Below, in pieces: positions 11,479 through 23,759 of a DNA stretch of 64,000 bases. Each line of letters opens with the position of its first letter. Position 1 is the stretch's first letter. The DNA comes from Pseudovirgaria hyperparasitica (taxonomy: Eukaryota): assembly GCA_010093815.1 (NCBI GenBank), contig ML996567.1, one strand, 5' to 3'. Below the pieces are notes generated by a model. The model was given only the letters and a program-made list of their open reading frames with translations. It was not told the origin of the DNA and did no database searches. The translations under genes were made by a program, and so were the position numbers.

Positions 11479-12469
11479 TCAAGCCCTGGCCTCGCTAATC
11501 GTATTCCCGGATCCCGCATTATCACCTGCCCTCTCCCGGCGTCCTCTGGGCTGCGTATCCGTGCTGCTATCCCTCCTTCCCCTCAGCGTCCTCTCCAAAT
11601 CCCTGATCTTCCTCCTCAGCAGATCATTCTCCCTCTTCGCCTCCTCCAGCTCCATCCTGTAATGTGCAACCTCCTCGTACCTCGGTGTGCTCAGGCCTAT
11701 ACTTGCCGATCGTGGTGGCGCTACATCGTTCGCGCTGCCGGGCTGTGACGACATCGAGTATCGGTGCGGGCCGGCGGCGGAGCTGGATGCTGAGTGCGGC
11801 ACGTAGCCCGTGCTTTGGCTTGTTCGCGATATGCTAGAAGAGCTGCGGTGGCGGCGGGATGCAGTCGGGTGCGTTGGACCAGTCAAGGCGCCGGTATGTT
11901 GAGCCGAAGGGTCGGTTGCGTCGAAGAGGAGGGCACCACCCGAGGCTGTTGACGATGCGGTGGATGCAACGGAAGCGGAATGTGCCCGGAGAGCAGAGAG
12001 TTCACGGGTTAGACGATTGACCTGTCATTCGTATGGGTGTTAGTGGATTGTAGGAACTATGACGTACACGCGACAAGAGGTATCTCTTGATGCTCGAGGC
12101 GACACATGTGTGCTGGGACTTGGGAGTACTCACCACGGCCTCTTGTTCTTTTTCGAGCTCTAGATGAAGCTCAGCGGCCGTCAAAGGGCGTGGGTGCCGC
12201 ATGGGCACGCCTGCAATGTCTCTATCTGAAGGTGGGTGTACTGAAGCCATGCCAGGACTCAGCGGTGGGAACGGCTGGGCCGTAGTATTTGAAGCGGTAG
12301 GAAGGGCTCCGCTTGGCGAAGCCAGAGGTAAAGGAGGTGGGCTCATCGGGAAAATTTGCGATGCGCGTCGTGAAGTCGGAGTTGAGGAGTGATGGGATGT
12401 TGATGCAGCTGCAGCACCACTGGCCACAGCGCGGGGCGTCTGCGGAATTGTGTTGAGATCAGGCGACAT
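11479..12469 (-). CDS. Conserved Ser/Pro-rich fungal protein with an Rts3-like helix and a second coiled coil; exons 12469..12134, 12021..11479
   Basis: Intron GTGAGT...CTAAC...CAG (112 nt) joins RHPRPLTAAELHLELEKEQEAV to VNRLTRELSALRAHSAS, in frame with ORF 11479..11886 (LEEAKRENDLLRRKIRDLER). Confidence 0.75.
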
Positions 12470-13058
12470 CTTGACTGGCTGCTGTTATCTGTAAAGTCCT
12501 TTGAAGTGATACACTCCGGTTGCACGAGCGGAGACTGCGATTGCTTGCGAGAGTTTTGACAGTAATAAATGTTACGGCACGGTGTGACGCGTAGTTCTTA
12601 GGGTAGTGTCTGTGCCGGTGTCGTCATCGTCAGACTCTGTGCGAGCCTCCTGGAAGAAGCAGATCACATCAAGAAGCGTGTCGAGGGGCGTCGGAACAAA
12701 ATAGAGTGCAGTGTGATGTTGCAAGTGAGGGAATGAAGGTGTGGCAAGGAAGTCGTAGTCCGCTCAAGCTTGTCGGCTATTTCACAACATCAAATTAAAG
12801 TACTCAATTTCCGCGACTGCGTTGACCGTCATTGCGCAGTATGCCTGCGTTGGAGGGTATTATTTTGTTTAGATATATACCTTTCTAGTACATCTAGCCA
12901 TTCTAGCTTCACTAGACACTCTGACGGATTCTTTCTACCGCGCCTTGGAAGTGGCAATGTGCGCATTGATTCGTCAAAGATGCTAACTCCATGCTCCGAT
13001 GTTCCATGCTACGGGACGATAGGAAATGATATGGGTCTTCCAGATCGAATCCTCATAT

Positions 13059-14578
13059 TCAGTATGTCCTTGACAAGTTCCTCAGGTACCAATCTACCAG
13101 TCTACGACCAACCTTTGCTTCGGAGACATGAATTAAATCCTAGACCGTCGGTTAGCTTTGCTCATACTCAGAATTTTGCCCAACTTACTCCTTCCATGGC
13201 ATAGTCCAAATCACTGCTATTGATAATATCGCCATCCAAAAGTCCACCTTCGCTCCACCTGACCTGCCGGCTTCTTTGTTTGTTTACGAGTAGCCAATGT
13301 CTCAGCTTCTCTGGTTCTACGTCGAGGAAGCCAGCAAGCTTCTTGAGGTCCATAGTTGTGTAAAGCTTAAGGTAGCTCTTCACAGTTGGTGACCACATGT
13401 TAACCTTGACCTCCTCCATGAAGATAGCAAGGTGGTGCTCCACAGGGTCAATGTTGATCTCAGCGTTATCGAAGTCAGGAGGTGTTGGCGAGATGAATCT
13501 AGGACACGCAGTCCTGAAGTATTCCTCGAATATAGGCAATGCCTCTGGTCCTCCGCGTTGAAGGCGGGTAAACTGCTCGCCGAACTTTTCTCTCAGTGCA
13601 GTATGAATAGTGTCATCTAATCTTGTGGGTTGGAAAGCTACACAGATCGCGATGAGGGCGTACATCTGATCATTCTTCTTGGAGATTGAGTCGTATTGGG
13701 CGTTCTTCTGGAAATTCTTCGTCCGCGAAACGTACACCAGGATGTGGCTGAACATGCGGATAGCATCCGAATACCTGCGCATCATCATGTACGAGAATCC
13801 AACATAGTAGTATGTGGTAAAGTGCGCAGCCATAACGCGGGCAAACATGGCCTTCTTGTTCAGCTCGATGTTGTCGAGGGTCTTGATGGCCAGACTGAAA
13901 TCTCCAAGCAGACAGTGTACCCGCAAAAGTCCAATGATAGAGAAGTATCCCAGCATCTTGTAAAGCGGCCTGTTACCGTACTCTCCAGCGTAATTTGACG
14001 CCTCTTCTCCCCTCTTCATAGCGTCTAGTTGCTCTGTAATTTGTGACTTTTGGATAAGGGAATAAAGGACGTTGAGGACACTGTAGCATCCCCAGGTGTT
14101 CGGGTTCTCGCGGAGTATGGCAATTTCATCCTCATTGTCGGCCTTCAGAGCGACTTTCTGTCGATATGCGCAGAAGCTATTGAATTGGTAGATGAATTCG
14201 TCGATCACGTCCCATGCCCAGTAGTACTAATTCCAGTAAGTAATGAACCTTTAGGTACCATCACACACTCACAGATGGGACCTCAATGTCCACAGGCCCT
14301 TCCGAGTTTAGTATGTAGTGGAAGAGACTGCAGTAGTTGTCGTAGCTCAAAATCTTTGTTTCGAGGGTTGCTTGGAATTCAAGAGGCGTAGCAGCTGCCG
14401 CTAATTGTGCCTGGAGATCTGCTCCACCTGACTGACCAAAAGAACTGGAGTGGTCGATGTCGTCCATACCATCTTCATATTGCACTTGCTCACGGTAGTC
14501 GTTAGCGAGCGCCTCTTCTTCGACGTCTGAGTCGTCAGCCGGCGCGCGCAATGGCGCCTCTTGTTGTCTTAAAGACAT
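13059..14578 (-). CDS. EIF3L: Eukaryotic translation initiation factor 3 subunit L; exons 14578..14273, 14226..13189, 13139..13059
   Basis: SYDNYCSLFHYILN, WAWDVIDEFIYQF, YKMLGYFSIIGLLRVHCLLGDF and SYLKLYTTM are eIF3L hallmarks. The last exon reads DLIHVSEAKVGRRLVDWYLRNLSRTY*. Confidence 0.94.
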
Positions 14579-15262
14579 GATGACGCCGTGACAATATACA
14601 GCGCGATCGAGGTAAAGTAGGGTGATGCGAGAGCGTTGGCGTGGTCGTTGGCTGTTCTCTTTGTCGAGCGGGACGAATTTCGTGTAGTTTTCGCTTGCGA
14701 AAGTGGGATGTCGACGCCTTGTTGCCTTATTTTCAATCGATAAATGCTACCACCTTCAGGGCATCTCCTCCAAACGGATTACCAATAATTCGGAGTTGAT
14801 AGTTCACATTGCACTCAGTAGGAGGGAAAATTTTTAGATGCCATTAGTTATGTCTCGATATTGGCATGATTGTGATCCCTATCCTCCAAGTTATCCATAC
14901 TCGCTCACAAATCGTGAAGGACCACAGGGGATCAACTCGATTGCAAGTATCATCGCATTTTGATTCGATGTCCATAAGTAAGCTATTGCGGTACTGCTAA
15001 GCACAGGACTATCATATGCGTATGTCAGAGACATACCGCCTCAAACCACCACCCTGTTTGAATCTCCACCCAAAAGCAGTAAAACGTCACCCGCTTTCTA
15101 AGCACCCCGCAATCCATAAACCCATTCATTACAACTCCAACATCCATCTGATCCGTCCCCAGAAACACCGCCGAAAACACTTATATCCACAAATTTCTGG
15201 GCCCACCACCTCATCCAGTGCCCCATCCACATCATTCTTTCTCGTCCCCCTTCAACCGGAGA

Positions 15263-16307
15263 ATGTCTCCAACCCACAGAGTTGCCACTATCCAACTCCA
15301 CCCAATCCCCCTCTCGCCAGCCAAAAACTTCGCTAAAGCAAGCGCTTTTATTCGCAGCGCCGTCGCCCAAGGCGCCGAGCTCTGCGTGCTACCCGAGTAC
15401 CACCTCACCAACTGGCTGCCTGCAGACCCGGCATTCAGAGACGCATGCAGCGACTGGGCCGTCTGGCTGGCAAAGTATCAGGCGCTGGCCAAGGAGTTGG
15501 CCGTGTGCATTGTGCCAGGGACGATTGTGGAGCGGCATGTAAGTGGGGAAGGCACAGGCGAGGGTATGGGGGCAGATGTCATGTATAATGTTTGCTATTT
15601 CATCGGTAGGCAGGGCGAGATAGTGGGTAAGTATGTGAAGAAGAATCTGTGGTGAGTTCTACTCGTGCACGGGACATACAATATTGGGCGTTGCTGGTTT
15701 TCTTCATTTAGAACTAATGGATGACTTTCAGGGGCGCGATTGAGCGCGACCATCTCGAATCTTCGACACATGCCCCGCACGAAGTGTTTGATACGCCGAT
15801 TGGTAAGGTCGGTCTGTTGATATGTTGGGATCTTGCGTTTCCTGAAGCATTCCGCGAGCTCATTGCTGCGGGCGCGAAGACGATCATCATCCCGACGTTT
15901 TGGACGCTGTTCGACTGCTCGCTGGAAGGCTTGAAGCTGAACCCGAAGGCTGAGGCGCTGTTCTTGGACAGCATGCTAACAGCGAGGACTTTTGAGAATA
16001 CTTGTGGTGAGTTGCCTTAAGTTTGGATAGTGATGCGAAAGGCTTACCGTCGTCGGTGGCAGCAATCATCTTTGCAAACGCGGGTGGGCCTCCTCAAAAG
16101 GGCTACGCTGGTCTGTCTCAAGTTGTTATACCCTATGTTGGACCTATTGCGCGCCTTGGTAGCAGCGCTGAAGGCATGGCTGTCATTGATCTTGATCTCG
16201 GAATCCTGGAGGATGCTGAGGAGAATTACAAAGTCCGTGCTGATCTTGCTAGACAGGATTGGCATTACGACTACAGACATACCAAGCGGGAGAAGGGTAG
16301 ACTATGA
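15263..16307 (+). CDS. Carbon-nitrogen hydrolase (nitrilase superfamily); exons 15263..15651, 15732..16006, 16063..16307
   Basis: Intact Glu-Lys-Cys triad motifs VLPEY, YVKKNLW and LLICWD. Two GTGAGT...CAG introns restore the frame. Confidence 0.88.
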
Positions 16308-16648
16308 TGTACCAAATCTCTGGTGTGGCTTGTTACCATGACTGTTTGGCATTGTGACAACATGACATACTCTCGGCCCCTATTTGAATGATACACCAAA
16401 AGCCATATTTCGGGCAGGGTATCGATGAAGAGAAGAAAAATCAAACAACCTCCGACTCAGACAAGCTCTGCACTAATACCAATTATTATTGGGGGCACAC
16501 GCGTGTGGGGGCCTGTGGTCCCGACTATGGTCTCGCGATCTGTGAAGGAAAATCAGAACAGGAAACAAAGGGAGATTCGACAGATTGTGGTATCGACCCG
16601 TAGGACTCGAAGATCAACTCTGATCTTTTAGGAAAGGAAGGCTTTAAT

Positions 16649-18182
16649 TCACGCCGTTACGCTTTCCGCCCAATTGCTGGACAGGCCAACTCCATACGCC
16701 GGGAAGTTTTGATCCGCCTGCTTCTCTTTTCCAGAGTCGCTGCTGCTAGCATCGAGACTAAGCAAGGTATATCGGTTGACCACTGACGATACCGGGTCCA
16801 CAACAGCAGTCTGAAATCTGTGGTTACGATGGCGGGGCACTTTTGACTTGGGAAGCGTCGCACCACATGGATCAGGACACCACTCGATACGTAGACCTTT
16901 ATACGCAGCCCTGGACATCATACATGTGCGAGCGTACATGGCTTGATGTACGGAATTGGTTGACAAGAAGATGTCCTCGCCTCTGACGTCGATGTCGAGG
17001 ATAATAAGATTTTCGATATGCTCCATGTCCTCACGGATTCCTTCTTCTGTGTGCTTTTTCGTGCCACGACGAATGACGAGATTGCGGGTAGCACCATTGG
17101 CGAGCTTGTTGGCGACATGCGGTGCGAGTCGGAACTGGCGTTCAGCCCACTTAACGTGAATCTATGCATTGTCAGTACGTCAAACTGAAGTCGCACATCA
17201 TGCAAATAACATGGCAATAGTACCGGTCGACCATTCACGCAGATATTCTCCTTCCGAGCATAGCGGACGAACTCCTCGGCGCCCTCAACAAAAGATACAA
17301 TGACCGAATGGTCTTTCCGGAAATAGGCTTCCAGGATTCGACCGCCACGAATAACGTTGATGAGGTCTCTCATTGGCATCTGGCTCGCAAGGTTTGTGAT
17401 ATGGATGGTACGTTTAGTATCTCGAGGAAGAGATCGATCGGTACGAGTCTCTTCTCGATCAGTCTTGACCCTCGGATACTGGTCTTCGTCGTGATCTTCT
17501 TCAGGAGAATAGCTGTCGCGGGTCTGCGAAACTTCCTGTCCCCTTAACGGATGACTATCAAAACATGATGGCACGGGCGAATGGTCGAACCCTGGTGTAT
17601 TGTCGGGAGCAGACAATTGCACCGGTATATGCTGCGGTTTGTCGAAAGTGCAGTCCCTTCCAGACTCCTCTTCTGTCTGTTGATCATCATTATCGCCACC
17701 CTTGGTGAGTATCTGCAGCACCTCTTGTGTGACGCCACCTCGAATCAGGGCGTTACAAAGCGAGCCTACAACATGTCGCGTTAGTTGAACGTACAGGATA
17801 AGAAGCTCAGTAATGTACGCTGGGTCAACATCAGGAGTCAAGATTCACACGTACGGTACTCAGAGATAGATCGGACCTGTTCAAGTGAGCACAATGTGAT
17901 TGACTCGGGGCGCTCCGCATACATACCAAGAATTCATATTCAGCTCGCGATATAGTGACGGTATCGTGGTCACCAGCTGTATACTGTTGGCGTGTGAGTC
18001 TGACTATCGTATAGTAAAAATCGCACAGGCTTTAATAGGATAAATACTCACAAATTCTGCTCTATGAGAACTGTCAGCAACGGATTGGATTGGGAATTAT
18101 CACAACTGTTAACTCACCGCCGCAACAGAGCTTCGAAATATGCTTTATCGATAGTCACACTATTACCCGCTGGTGACGCCAT
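16649..18182 (-). CDS. RRM-type RNA-binding protein (fungal Nrd1/negative-regulator-of-differentiation-like); exons 18182..18118, 18061..18052, 17983..17927, 17876..17855, 17765..17224, 17161..16649
   Basis: Spliced product begins MASPAGNSVTIDKAYFEALLRRAEF...VTISRAEYEFL...SLCNALIRGG. RRM-like segments are RTIHITNL..IRGGRIL..VSFV, GATRNLVIR and STNSVHQAMYARTCMMSRAAYKGLRIEWCPDPC. Confidence 0.75.
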
Positions 18183-18514
18183 CGTAGGAGAACGCGATCT
18201 CTGGATTACAACGAAAGACACCAATAGTGAGACTCACTGAAAAAACATGTATCGAAGAGAAAATTCGACACTGTGCGCGTAAAGAATCTGCAAAAACATT
18301 GGGTTGGACTGTCAAATTGGGAAATCACAACGCCTGGTCTTGGCATTGCGGCCATAGCTCCCAGCCCTATGAGATCTGCACTAGTAATTAGTGCAGACAC
18401 TCCATCTGGAGGAAAAATTCCACCGTCTCATTATAATCAACTACGATATCATGCCATGACGTGAGTGTAAACACTTCCGTGTGGTCTTTCAATCATCAAA
18501 CATCTCCCACGTAG

Positions 18515-20022
18515 ATGGACAAGAATGCGCCCGTACTGTCGCAGAATGCTCAGCAGCAGCATAATGCGCTGACCTCGCATCTTCTTCCCGCTGGGAATGA
18601 TGGCGGTGGCTCAATCTTCGCCCAACTGACGGGGAATCCGTTCTTCACCGCAGTAAGCGTGGCAAGCATGTCAGGCATGTTGCGACACTAATGTGTATTT
18701 CGAAGGGTTTCGGCTTAGCTGCCCTTGCCGCTGCCGCTCGATTCGGACAAAAAGGCATCCGACAGAGTGCAGAGCTTTTGAGACGTCGCATGCTTGTCGA
18801 TATAGAGATTACCCGTCACGACGCTTCATACGATTGGCTCTTGCAATGGATGACCGCATACCAAAGATCACAACTCGCCGGCAAGTCTGTTACAGACACA
18901 ACGAAATCTCCTCCCCGAATTGGTATCTTCTCCTCGATCCTTGAACGGATAAATCCTCGATTGCACCATTTGCAAGTGAAGACAGCGAAAGTCAGCAGGT
19001 CGGATGGTTCGCAAAGTACACACTTCAGTCTTGTACCTGGGCATGGCCGGCATCTGCTGAGGTACAAGAATGCATTCATACTCGTGAACAGACAAAGAGA
19101 GAAGTCATTTGATCTAAACAGCGGCACGCCGTTCGAGACGATAACAATGACGACACTATATACTCACAGACACATCTTCGAGAAGCTGTTCACAGAGGCA
19201 CATGAGTTGGCACAACACAGACAAGAGGGCAAGACAAGCATCTATACCTGTATGGGCTTCGAGTGGAAACAGTTCGGAGAACCGAAACGAAAGAGACCGC
19301 TCGACTCAGTCGTACTCGAGGCAGGCGTAAAGGAGAGGATTGTGGAGGATCTTGAATCATTCATACAGGCAAGGACGTGGTACCTCGATCGTGGAATCCC
19401 ATACCGTCGTGGCTACCTGCTATATGGCCCTCCTGGGACGGGGAAGAGCTCTTTCATCCAAGCCCTCGCAGGACACTTTGACTTCAATATTGCCATGTTG
19501 AACGTCAGTCAGCGCGGGCTCACAGACGACAAGCTAAACCATCTATTAACAAAGGTGCCTTCCAGGACGATTGTCCTACTGGAAGATGCCGATGCCGCCT
19601 TCATCAACCGAAAGGTTGCAGGGGAAGACGGCTACTCGGGGGCAACAGTCACCTTCTCCGGACTACTGAATGCACTGGACGGGGTAGCCAGTGCCGAGGA
19701 ACGGATCATATTCTTGACGACGAACCACATTGAGCGACTTGATGAGGCCTTGGTACGCCCCGGGCGGGTCGACATGACGGTACGGCTAGGTGAAGCCACG
19801 GAAGGACAGATAGAGCAGCTCTGGGATAGATTCTATGCTGATTTTGATGGAGAGGGGCATGGAAAGCGACGGTTCATGCAGCGAGTTAAAGAGCTCCAAC
19901 TTGCAAACGTTGTTAGCACGGCTGCTTTGCAGGGACTGTTCCTGTATAACAAAGAGGATATGGACGGCGCCATTACGATGCTGGCCGACCTGGGGCCGCG
20001 ATCAGGCCACGCGCAGGGCTGA
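18515..20022 (+). CDS. BCS1: Mitochondrial AAA chaperone Bcs1; exons 18515..18652, 18706..20022
   Basis: GNPFFTA|GFGL N-terminal TM segment, RKRPLDSVVLE, GIPYRRGYLLYGPPGTGKSS (Walker A), LLEDAD, VTFSGLLNALDGV and RPGRVD. Confidence 0.95.
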
Positions 20023-20183
20023 GAAATGACTCCGTCCCCACTATATGTGTACATATGATATACTGTGTAAATATACAACCGAGACTGGCAATTGTATCGT
20101 GGTAAGGCCATCAGGCATCAATGTAGGCCGGGGGTTAGATTGACAGTCACTGACAACCGTGATGGCCTTGGAACGACTTAGCG

Positions 20184-20275
20184 TGACTCAGGTGACCGCG
20201 GGACCTTGATCGGATCGCACGTACGCCACGAGTCATGAGTCGCCAGTCACGAGTCACGAGCCACGAGCCACGCAG
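20184..20275. promoter_or_regulatory. Perfect TGACTCA (Gcn4/CpcA/AP-1-type) site followed by a degenerate 7-bp tandem array (CACGAG[T/C]) upstream of the OPT gene
   Basis: TGACTCA at 20184-20190. Units cacgagt catgagt cgccagt cacgagt cacgagc cacgagc cacgcag at 20227-20275. The function is inferred. Confidence 0.4.
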
Positions 20276-20800
20276 CCGTCGCATCATCGTCGTCATTCCC
20301 TTGTTCCTTCCCTGAAACTTTGGGACCTTTCGACCTTGGAAATAAGCTTGGAAGGTGATCCCTCCTTCCCTCCCCATCTAATCTCTAATCAGATCAGATT
20401 GATAAGCTTACCGTTGTTACTATCAAACATCGCGAGTACTTCTGCATTGCTTCAGGGATATCGCACGTTTGGCGTCCACCGATCTGCATTATAAGGCCGC
20501 GCCCGCTCTTGGGTTCTGCAATCCTACGGGCGCCAGCTGATGCGTGCAGGGCCGTCCGCGTCGCCCTCTTCCACGTCACGCTCATCCTCTTGCTTGGCCT
20601 GTGCCTGACTTTCTTCTCTCTCCTCAAGTCAGAGAAAGCTTCACCTAGTAACACGCCGATGACATCCTCATGAGACACAGGACCACTGAGATCAACTATA
20701 GGGGAGTAGACTGGTCATTGCTAATGTCGACGGCCCTGGAAGGACACTCTTTGTTCTTTGTTGCTGCAGCCGTTCGAAGGCTGTCGTGACGCCTTCTAGT

Positions 20801-23759
20801 ATGTCACGCATACCTATCCTCTTGCGCTCATCACCAGCACAAGGAACGGGTTCGTATGGTGCACTTGCCATCTCTTCGTTAGGCTCGAGTACCGAGGACA
20901 GCGAGGAAGACGTGACCGCCCGCCAAATTGCACATCGATCCCGAAGAGCTAAAAGCGCGCTCCAGTATAGCATCTCGGCCAGCAAGGACTCATTCTCTGA
21001 TCCTCACCCAGCTGACGACGAGGACGACTCCATCGCCAGTGGCAGTGCCCACAGAGGCTCTCGGCGAAGCAGACGCACAGGCCCGAAAAGCAATGGAAGC
21101 GAGACCGAGAGACACGACCTCGACCTGGAGACTACCCCAGCAGACCCTGGAGTGGAGTCGAGATTCAATGCTGGGAGCACTGTGCCCAATATCGAGGCCG
21201 TTCCAGATACTAGGAGTAAGCATGCAGTTGTCTCTGAAGACGATGAAGTTTCCAGCCAGAGTGGACACTCTGCATCAGGGTCGGACTCTGGCAGCGACAC
21301 CGACGAAGCCGATCCTCCTGACAACTCTCCCTACCACCAAGTTCGAGCCTCAGTAAAGCCTACAGATGACACTACACTATCCATCAATACTCCGCGCATG
21401 TGGTTTCTCTCCATTCTTTTCGCTATTCTTGGTTCCTCCACCAATCTGTTCTTCTCCCTAAGATACCCTAGCGTTAGCATTACTCCTGTCATTGCACTCT
21501 TACTCGTCCATCCTTTAGGTCTGCTTTGGGATCAGTTCTTCAAGCGGGTAGGCGATCCTGATGAGCGTTTTAGCGACGGCACTCTGACTGGACGCCTGGA
21601 TCCGGCATCTCGACAAGTGCACCTCAATGGCCATATTCAACCGTCACTGGCGGATCAAGATTCGACATGGCGAAGGAGTTTAAGACTTTGGCTTGGTCAG
21701 GGGCGGTGGAACGAAAAGGAGCACGCATGTGTGTATATCAGCAGCAATGTCTCCTTTGGTTTCGCTTTCGCCACCGATGTCATTGTGGAACAGACCATGT
21801 TCTACGGTCAGAAGCTTGGTATCACCTATCAAATTCTTCTAACAATTTCGACACAAGTGCTTGGGTACGCGATGGCTGGGCTAACTAGAAACTACCTTGT
21901 TCGACCGAGCGGCATGATCTGGCCTGGAACCCTCATATCTGCTTCGTTATTCTCTACCCTGCATAAAGAAGAGAATAAGCCTGCCAACGGGTGGACAGTA
22001 TCTAGATCAAAATTCTTTCTCTATGTCTTTATTGGATCGGTGCTATTCTACTTCCTCCCTGGACTTCTCTTTCCGGCACTGAGCTATTTCAGCGTCGTCA
22101 CATGGTTTGCCCCGAAGAACGTTGTCGTCGCCAACTTTTTTGGCATTGCATCTGGCCTTGGTATTTTCCCTCTAACATTCGACTGGTCACAAATCGCATA
22201 CATTGGATCTCCTCTGGCTGTTCCATTCTGGGCGGCACTAAACATTGTTGCTGGACTCATCGTTGTCATGTGGATAGTCGCCCCTATTCTCTACTACTCC
22301 AATGTCATGTACTCCTCGTACATGCCAATTTTATCGACTGCGGTCTTTGACAACACCGGAAAGCCGTATGATGTCAGCAGGATTTTAACTCCTGACTACC
22401 TGTTCGATCATGAGGGATATAACAACTACAGCCGTGTGTTTCTACCGATAACATATGTGCTCAGCTATGCTCTGCAATTTGCTGCCCTCTCAGCCCTGGT
22501 CACTCACACAGGCCTCTGGCACGGTAAAGACATTATCCGCCAATGGCGACGATCCATGAGGGAGATCCGCAGTCAGGGCAAAAGTGGCTACGATCCACTT
22601 CCGACCACTACGAACGATTCAACCTCTACACTTCGCAAGCCAACCAGCAGACGTAGCATGAACGCTTCTGAGCCAGGTCTTGATAATCTCTTGGGTGCGG
22701 AAGATGTCCATAACCGTCTTATGAGAAGATACCGCGATGTTCCGCTTAGGTGGTATGTGCTGACTGGACTGAGCATGACAGCCATTGGAATGTTTGTTGT
22801 CGAGTACTTTCCCATCCACCTACCCTGGTATGGCCTCCTTCTCGCCCTCGGCATATGCTCCGTTCTTTTCATCCCTATCGGCATTGTCATGGCAATCACG
22901 AATCAGCAAAGTAGTCTCTACCTAATCTGCCAGCTCATCTGTGGTGTCGTTTTCCCCGGTCGTCCGGTCGCAAACATGGTCTTCGTAACCTACGGCTACA
23001 TCACCTCGACGCAAGGTCTAAAATTTTCCGCTGACCTGAAACTTGGTCATTACATGAAGATCCCCCCGCGAATCCTTTTCTCGCTGCAACTAACCGCTAC
23101 CGTCATATCATCACTTACCCAGATTGGCGTTCTCAATTGGATGCTTGCAAACATCCCTGGCATATGCACTGCCTTTGCTATCAATGGCTTTACGTGCCCT
23201 CTTGCACGGGTTCATTTCAACGGTAGTATACTATGGGGTGTTGTTGGTCCGCAACGTTTCTTCGGCCCTGGGGCTCTCTACCGTCCACTGGTATGGGCAT
23301 TCCTCTTTGGCTTCCTCTCGTCGATTCTCGTCTGGTACCTTGGTACTCGCAGTAAGAAGAACATCTGGCGCAAGATCAACCTGCCTGTGCTGTTCGGTAG
23401 TCTCAGTTGGATACCCCCTGCTACAGGACTGAACTTCAGTGTCTGGGCAGTGGTGTGCTGGATCTTCAATGATCGACTAATGAAGAAGAAGAACGAATGG
23501 TGGCGGAAGTACAACATGACACTCAGCGCTGCGCTTGACTCCGGGCTCGCGGTCGGCGTCGTGGTCGTGTTCTTCGGGTTCCTGTATCCAGGGTGGATGG
23601 ATGGCTTCAAGTGGTGGGGCACGGAAGTTTATAAGCAGGCAAGTGCCATCATGCTCTTTTCATATCCCACGACTAACACCCACACAGGGCTGCGATTGGC
23701 AGGCTTGCGCATACAAGAAAGTTCCCGACGGCGGCACCTTCGGCCCGGGCCTATGGTAG
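20801..23759 (+). CDS. OPT-family oligopeptide transporter (Isp4-like) with a long acidic N-terminus; exons 20801..23638, 23688..23759 (GC-AG intron)
   Basis: SPYHQVRASV, KEHAC, MIWPGTL, DWSQI and DLKLGHYMKIPPR motifs with many TM segments. The conserved C-terminus GCDWQAC...FGP..W* is reached only through a GCAAGT...ACTAAC...CAG intron. The start codon is less certain. Confidence 0.92.
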
